From IMG/VR virus record IMGVR_UViG_3300045988_044299: 34,775 nucleotides of DNA; one strand, 5' to 3'. Of the stretch, positions 30,951 through 34,775 are shown one piece after another; positions within the stretch are counted from its first letter, which is position 1, and every line of letters starts with the position of its first letter. This stretch comes from a virus. Under the pieces are notes generated by a model that was not told the DNA's origin, did not search any database, and saw only the letters and a program-made list of their open reading frames with translations. The position numbers and the translations under genes are program-made.

Positions 30951-33771
30951 TAAGAATGAGGCAAAAATACGGTTTGTAGCCGAAACTTCCGATCTGTCTC
31001 AAAAAATTAAAGATGCCAATAGTGACATAAAAGGATTAAGCGCAGAACTACGGCTGAATGAAGCAGAGTTCAAAAATACTGGAGACGCTGCCACCTATAT
31101 GGCGAATAAACAAAAATTGCTTGAAGAAGAAATCGCGGCAAATAAGCAGAAACAAGAAGCTCTTAATGGAAAGATGCAACTAGCAAAGCAGATTTTCGGA
31201 GAAAACAGTGACGAAGCGCAGAAGTGGTCGAGGCAGCTTATAAATGCGAAAACAGAAGGCGAACGTTTAAAAACGCAAGTAAATGAGCTAAACACGGAAC
31301 TTGATGCGAACGAGGAAGATCTGGAAAATGCTGGAACGGCTGCCGAAGAAGCGGGAGATGGCTACACAGTACTGAAAGGAGCAATGTCAGAACTGGTAGC
31401 AGATGGAATCACAGCTGTAAAAGATGGAGCTGTAGAGCTTGCAACAGATTCAAGCAAAGCATACGCACAGTTTGCGGCACAAACCGGAATAGCAGCAGAC
31501 GCTATGGACGGATATAAAAAGGCCATACAGGACGTATACCTGGATAATTTTGGCGAAAGTCTGGAAGAAGTAGCGGAAAAGATGGGGAAGGTCAAGGAAA
31601 CGACTGGAGAACTGGATCCATCGAAGCTAAAAGAAATGACAGAAAATGCCATGACATTAGAAGATACATTCGACATGGATATGAGCGAATCCTTACGAGG
31701 TGCAGAGGCATTAATGACTCATTTCGGATTGACATCGGAGCAGGCTTTTGATCTGCTGGCAGCAGGTGCGCAAAACGGATTGAATTATTCCGATGAATTG
31801 GGCGACAATGTGGCAGAGTATTCGGGAAAATTCGCAGAAGCAGGATATTCAGCGAAAGATTATTTTGAACTGTTAAAAAATGGAAGTCAAGGCGGGGCTT
31901 ACAACTTAGATAAAGTCAATGATTCGATCAATGAAGTGACTACAAGGCTGGCGGATGGAACTATAGAGGAAGGACTCGGAAACTTTAGCGGCAAAACGAA
32001 AGAAACTTTTGAAGCGTGGAAGACGGGCGGTGCGACTCAAAAAGATGTGATAGATTCCATTGTGGCAGACATACAGGGAACGACCAATGAGCAGGAAAAA
32101 ATGAATATGGCTGCGTTGGCATTTGGAACAATGGCCGAAGACGGAGGAACAAAGTTCATTGAAGCATTATCGAGCACTGGTTCAGCATTTGACGATACAA
32201 AAGGAAAAATGCAGGGCTTGATGTCGGTAAAGTACGATGATATAGAGAGTTCTATAAGCGGATTGGGTAGAGCTATAAGACAAAATGTGTTGCAGCCAGT
32301 CGTGGATGAAGTCACACCGAAGGTAACAGAAAGCATTCAGGAAATCACAGGAAAAATACCAGAAGCAGTGCAAAAAGTACAAGAAATGCTTCCGGTACTG
32401 GGAGGAGTAGCAATAGCAGTAGGCGTAGTAACGGCGGCATTAAAATTACAGGCAGCAGTTACGGCCGTAAAGACGGCAATGGACGCGGCACAGGTTACGA
32501 CATTGAGTGGACTAATAGCGGCCGAATGGGCACAAGCCACGGCCGCCGCCGCCGCGTTTGCACCGTATCTATTGATTGTAGCAGCAATAGCAGCAGTTGT
32601 AGCAGCAATAGTGCTTTTGGTAAAGAACTGGGATGCTGTAAAAGAAAAATGTATTGAAGTTGCGCAGATTATAGGCGAAAAGTGGCATGAAATAAGCACA
32701 GCAATTCAGACTGCTATATCCACGGCATTCAACACGGCAAGTACAGTGGTGAGTACAGTGACAGCAGCAATTCAGACTGCTATATCCACGGCATTCAACA
32801 CAGCAAGTACAGTGGTGAGTACAGTGACAGCAGCAATTCAGGCTGCTATATCAACGGCATTCAACACAGCAAGTACAGTGGTGAGTACAGTGACAGCAGC
32901 AATTCAGACTGCTATATCCACGGCATTCAACACAGCAAGTACAGTGGTGAGCACAGTGACGTCAGCAATTCGGACGGCCGTATCAACAGCGTTCAATGCA
33001 ATGAAGACAGCAGTGACAACAGCTGTGAATGCAACAAAGACAGCGGTGACGACTGTATGGAATGGAATCAAGTCGACAGTATCTACAGTAGTGAATGCGG
33101 TCAGAACAACTGTAACAACAGTATGGAACGGCATCAGATCAGTGACATCATCAGTATGGAACGGGATCAAGACAGCTGTGACAACACCGATCAATGCGGC
33201 GAAGTCGGCTGTCAGTACGACAGTGAACGGAATACGAAGCACGATGACATCTGTCTTCGGAGGAATCAGGTCAACGGTATCGAGCATCTTCAGCGGGATC
33301 CAGTCGGCGATTACAAGCCCGATCCAGACTGCAAAGAACACACTGGCGAACCTGGTGTCAGGGATCAGAGGACTGTTCTCCGGACTGCATATATCACTGC
33401 CGCACATTAACCTGCCACATTTCCGTATATCTGGAGGTACGCCGCCGTATGGTATCGCAGGAAAAGGAACAGCGCCTTCCATCGGCATCGACTGGTATGC
33501 ACAGGGCGCGGTCTTGAAGAAAGCAACTTCGTTCGGAATCAATACCGTAACGGGCAACAGAATGGTAGGAGGAGAAGCAGGATATGAAGCAGTAGCGCCA
33601 ATCGACGTGTTACAGGGATATATACAGGCAGCAGTGGAGTCAGTAGTTGGGAACAGTGCACTGGACTATGACCTCCTGGCGGATAAGATTGCAAACGCAT
33701 GTGCAAGAACGAACACCACGCTGGAGCTGGACGGCAGACAGCTGGGGAGAGTAGTCAGGGGGTATGTATGA
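30940..33771 (+). CDS. Tape measure protein
   Basis: 943 aa with a coiled-coil N-terminus, a hydrophobic central segment and long tandem repeats. AAGGAGGG ribosome-binding site precedes GTG 30940. Confidence 0.9.
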   Translation: MANNKNEAKIRFVAETSDLSQKIKDANSDIKGLSAELRLNEAEFKNTGDAATYMANKQKLLEEEIAANKQKQEALNGKMQLAKQIFGENSDEAQKWSRQLINAKTEGERLKTQVNELNTELDANEEDLENAGTAAEEAGDGYTVLKGAMSELVADGITAVKDGAVELATDSSKAYAQFAAQTGIAADAMDGYKKAIQDVYLDNFGESLEEVAEKMGKVKETTGELDPSKLKEMTENAMTLEDTFDMDMSESLRGAEALMTHFGLTSEQAFDLLAAGAQNGLNYSDELGDNVAEYSGKFAEAGYSAKDYFELLKNGSQGGAYNLDKVNDSINEVTTRLADGTIEEGLGNFSGKTKETFEAWKTGGATQKDVIDSIVADIQGTTNEQEKMNMAALAFGTMAEDGGTKFIEALSSTGSAFDDTKGKMQGLMSVKYDDIESSISGLGRAIRQNVLQPVVDEVTPKVTESIQEITGKIPEAVQKVQEMLPVLGGVAIAVGVVTAALKLQAAVTAVKTAMDAAQVTTLSGLIAAEWAQATAAAAAFAPYLLIVAAIAAVVAAIVLLVKNWDAVKEKCIEVAQIIGEKWHEISTAIQTAISTAFNTASTVVSTVTAAIQTAISTAFNTASTVVSTVTAAIQAAISTAFNTASTVVSTVTAAIQTAISTAFNTASTVVSTVTSAIRTAVSTAFNAMKTAVTTAVNATKTAVTTVWNGIKSTVSTVVNAVRTTVTTVWNGIRSVTSSVWNGIKTAVTTPINAAKSAVSTTVNGIRSTMTSVFGGIRSTVSSIFSGIQSAITSPIQTAKNTLANLVSGIRGLFSGLHISLPHINLPHFRISGGTPPYGIAGKGTAPSIGIDWYAQGAVLKKATSFGINTVTGNRMVGGEAGYEAVAPIDVLQGYIQAAVESVVGNSALDYDLLADKIANACARTNTTLELDGRQLGRVVRGYV
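32701..32964 (+). repeat. Four near-identical in-frame 66-bp tandem repeats inside the tape measure gene
   Basis: Units start at 32701, 32767, 32833 and 32899, each encoding AIQTAISTAFNTASTVVSTVTA. Degenerate copies continue to about 33330. Confidence 0.95.
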
Positions 33772-34601
33772 TGCAGCTGTATTATGAAGCGGCAGACGGA
33801 ACGATCCTGAACCTTATGCAGAACGGGATCTATGCACAAGATCCGGAGGCACTGACACAGAACACATGGAGTTATACGACAATATCAGGCGTCAATGGCC
33901 TGGCCCGCGTGAAAAGGTTCTACAAGAACGTACAGACGGCAAAGATGAAACTGAGTATCATGGCAGCAGACAAAGAGGAGTTTAATGCGATCATGTACAC
34001 GATGCACAGGATCTTCGAGAAGGACGTCAGGAACATGACACCAGGTAAGATCTGGTGGAATAATTTCTACAAAGAAGGCTTCGTGCATTCAACATCGAAC
34101 GACGACTACGAAGAGCTATTTGAAAGCGTGGAACATGAAATTGAGTTCCTGAGTGTCAATCCTTCCTGGATCAGAAAGACGACATACCAGTACAGGGCAC
34201 AGGCGAACGAGACGGGAACACTGGACTATCCGCGAGACTATGGGTACGACTACGACCGAAGCGAGATCATCGAGATACTGAACAACCAGTGCATCGGAGA
34301 ATCAAACTTCGAGCTGATCTTTTACGGTGCAGCAGTGGATCCACAGATTACCATAGGCGGGAATATCTATGGACTGGAAACGACGCTGAAAGACGGAGAA
34401 TACGCAACGGTAAATTCAATAACAAAGAAGATCCGGCAGTATTCGGTCACAGGAGAAGAGAAAAACATCTTTGACAAGAGAGACAGGGAGAACAACATCT
34501 TCCAAAAGATGCCGGAAGGAACGCTTCCAGTGCTGAGAAGTAAAGATACGCAGGTAGACATCACACTATACGACGAAAGAGGGGAACCGGAATGGATCTG
34601 A
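33768..34601 (+). CDS. Distal tail protein (Dit-position)
   Basis: The ATGATG start overlaps the tape measure stop (ATGA). 277 aa, in the conserved position after the tape measure gene. Confidence 0.65.
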   Translation: MMQLYYEAADGTILNLMQNGIYAQDPEALTQNTWSYTTISGVNGLARVKRFYKNVQTAKMKLSIMAADKEEFNAIMYTMHRIFEKDVRNMTPGKIWWNNFYKEGFVHSTSNDDYEELFESVEHEIEFLSVNPSWIRKTTYQYRAQANETGTLDYPRDYGYDYDRSEIIEILNNQCIGESNFELIFYGAAVDPQITIGGNIYGLETTLKDGEYATVNSITKKIRQYSVTGEEKNIFDKRDRENNIFQKMPEGTLPVLRSKDTQVDITLYDERGEPEWI

Positions 34602-34775
34602 TATATGCGGATGCACACAGAGTAGATCAGGGCGTCATGGACGCCTATGAGCTGGATATGGCATACGGATCTGACGAGAACAACTTCACATGTACGATAG
34701 ATCGTGCGAGCCATTGCTGCACAGAAGGTTTCTTCCTGTACGTCGAAGGCGAGGAGTACGGCGGAATCGTCGACA
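34592..34775 (+). CDS. 5' part of the Tal-position tail protein; continues at base 3 after circular closure
   Basis: ATG 34592 overlaps the Dit stop (ATGGATCTGA). The frame is continuous with 3-1781 through the duplicated 141 bp. Confidence 0.7.
   Translation, partial: MDLIYADAHRVDQGVMDAYELDMAYGSDENNFTCTIDRASHCCTEGFFLYVEGEEYGGIVD
34635..34775. repeat. Second copy of the 141-bp terminal overlap
   Basis: Identical to 1-141. Confidence 0.95.

Noticed and set aside
32701-32964. Tandem repeats as a CRISPR array
   Set aside because: The repeats are contiguous with no spacers, are in frame within the tape measure ORF and encode a repeated peptide.
33699-33767. Upstream extension of the Dit-position ORF
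   Set aside because: It lies inside the tape measure gene in another frame. The ATGATG at 33768 overlapping the tape measure stop is the typical coupled start.

Overview
The window is a complete, circularly closed temperate siphovirus-type phage genome. Bases 1-141 are identical to 34635-34775, so the unique length is 34,634 bp. Strong AGGAGG ribosome-binding sites, a CW_7/SH3 endolysin and a holin_4_1 holin suggest a Gram-positive, Clostridia-like host (inference). Nearly all genes lie on the purine-rich + strand.

Gene order:
- Tail tip/baseplate genes, with the first gene wrapping the circular junction.
- A diversity-generating retroelement (DGR): target, avd, template repeat (TR), reverse transcriptase.
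- XkdX-like protein, holin, endolysin.
- Large serine integrase and an XRE-type lysogeny switch.
- Small early genes.
- HUH Rep, VRR-NUC nuclease, ParA/ParB, MazF-like toxin, SSB.
- A second DGR target, a late regulator, HNH endonuclease, terminase.
- HK97-type head and tail genes (portal, ClpP protease, capsid, connectors, major tail protein, frameshifted chaperone, tape measure, Dit).

Main findings:
1. The DGR has two variable regions 16.8 kb apart. One is in a baseplate-adjacent receptor-binding candidate and one is in an early-region protein. All substitutions fall on TR adenines.
2. Both variable regions are longer than the TR (+6 and +3 nt). The difference lies exactly in an (AAC)n tract and every extra codon is NNC.
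3. A conserved 3' flank with a covarying hairpin follows both variable regions.
4. Two type II hammerhead ribozymes lie 895 nt apart on the coding strand. Their cores are conserved and their stems and pseudoknots covary. Together they bracket a two-gene cassette.
5. An integrase coexists with Rep, ParAB and MazF, which is plasmid-like maintenance equipment.

No tRNA genes or CRISPR arrays were seen.
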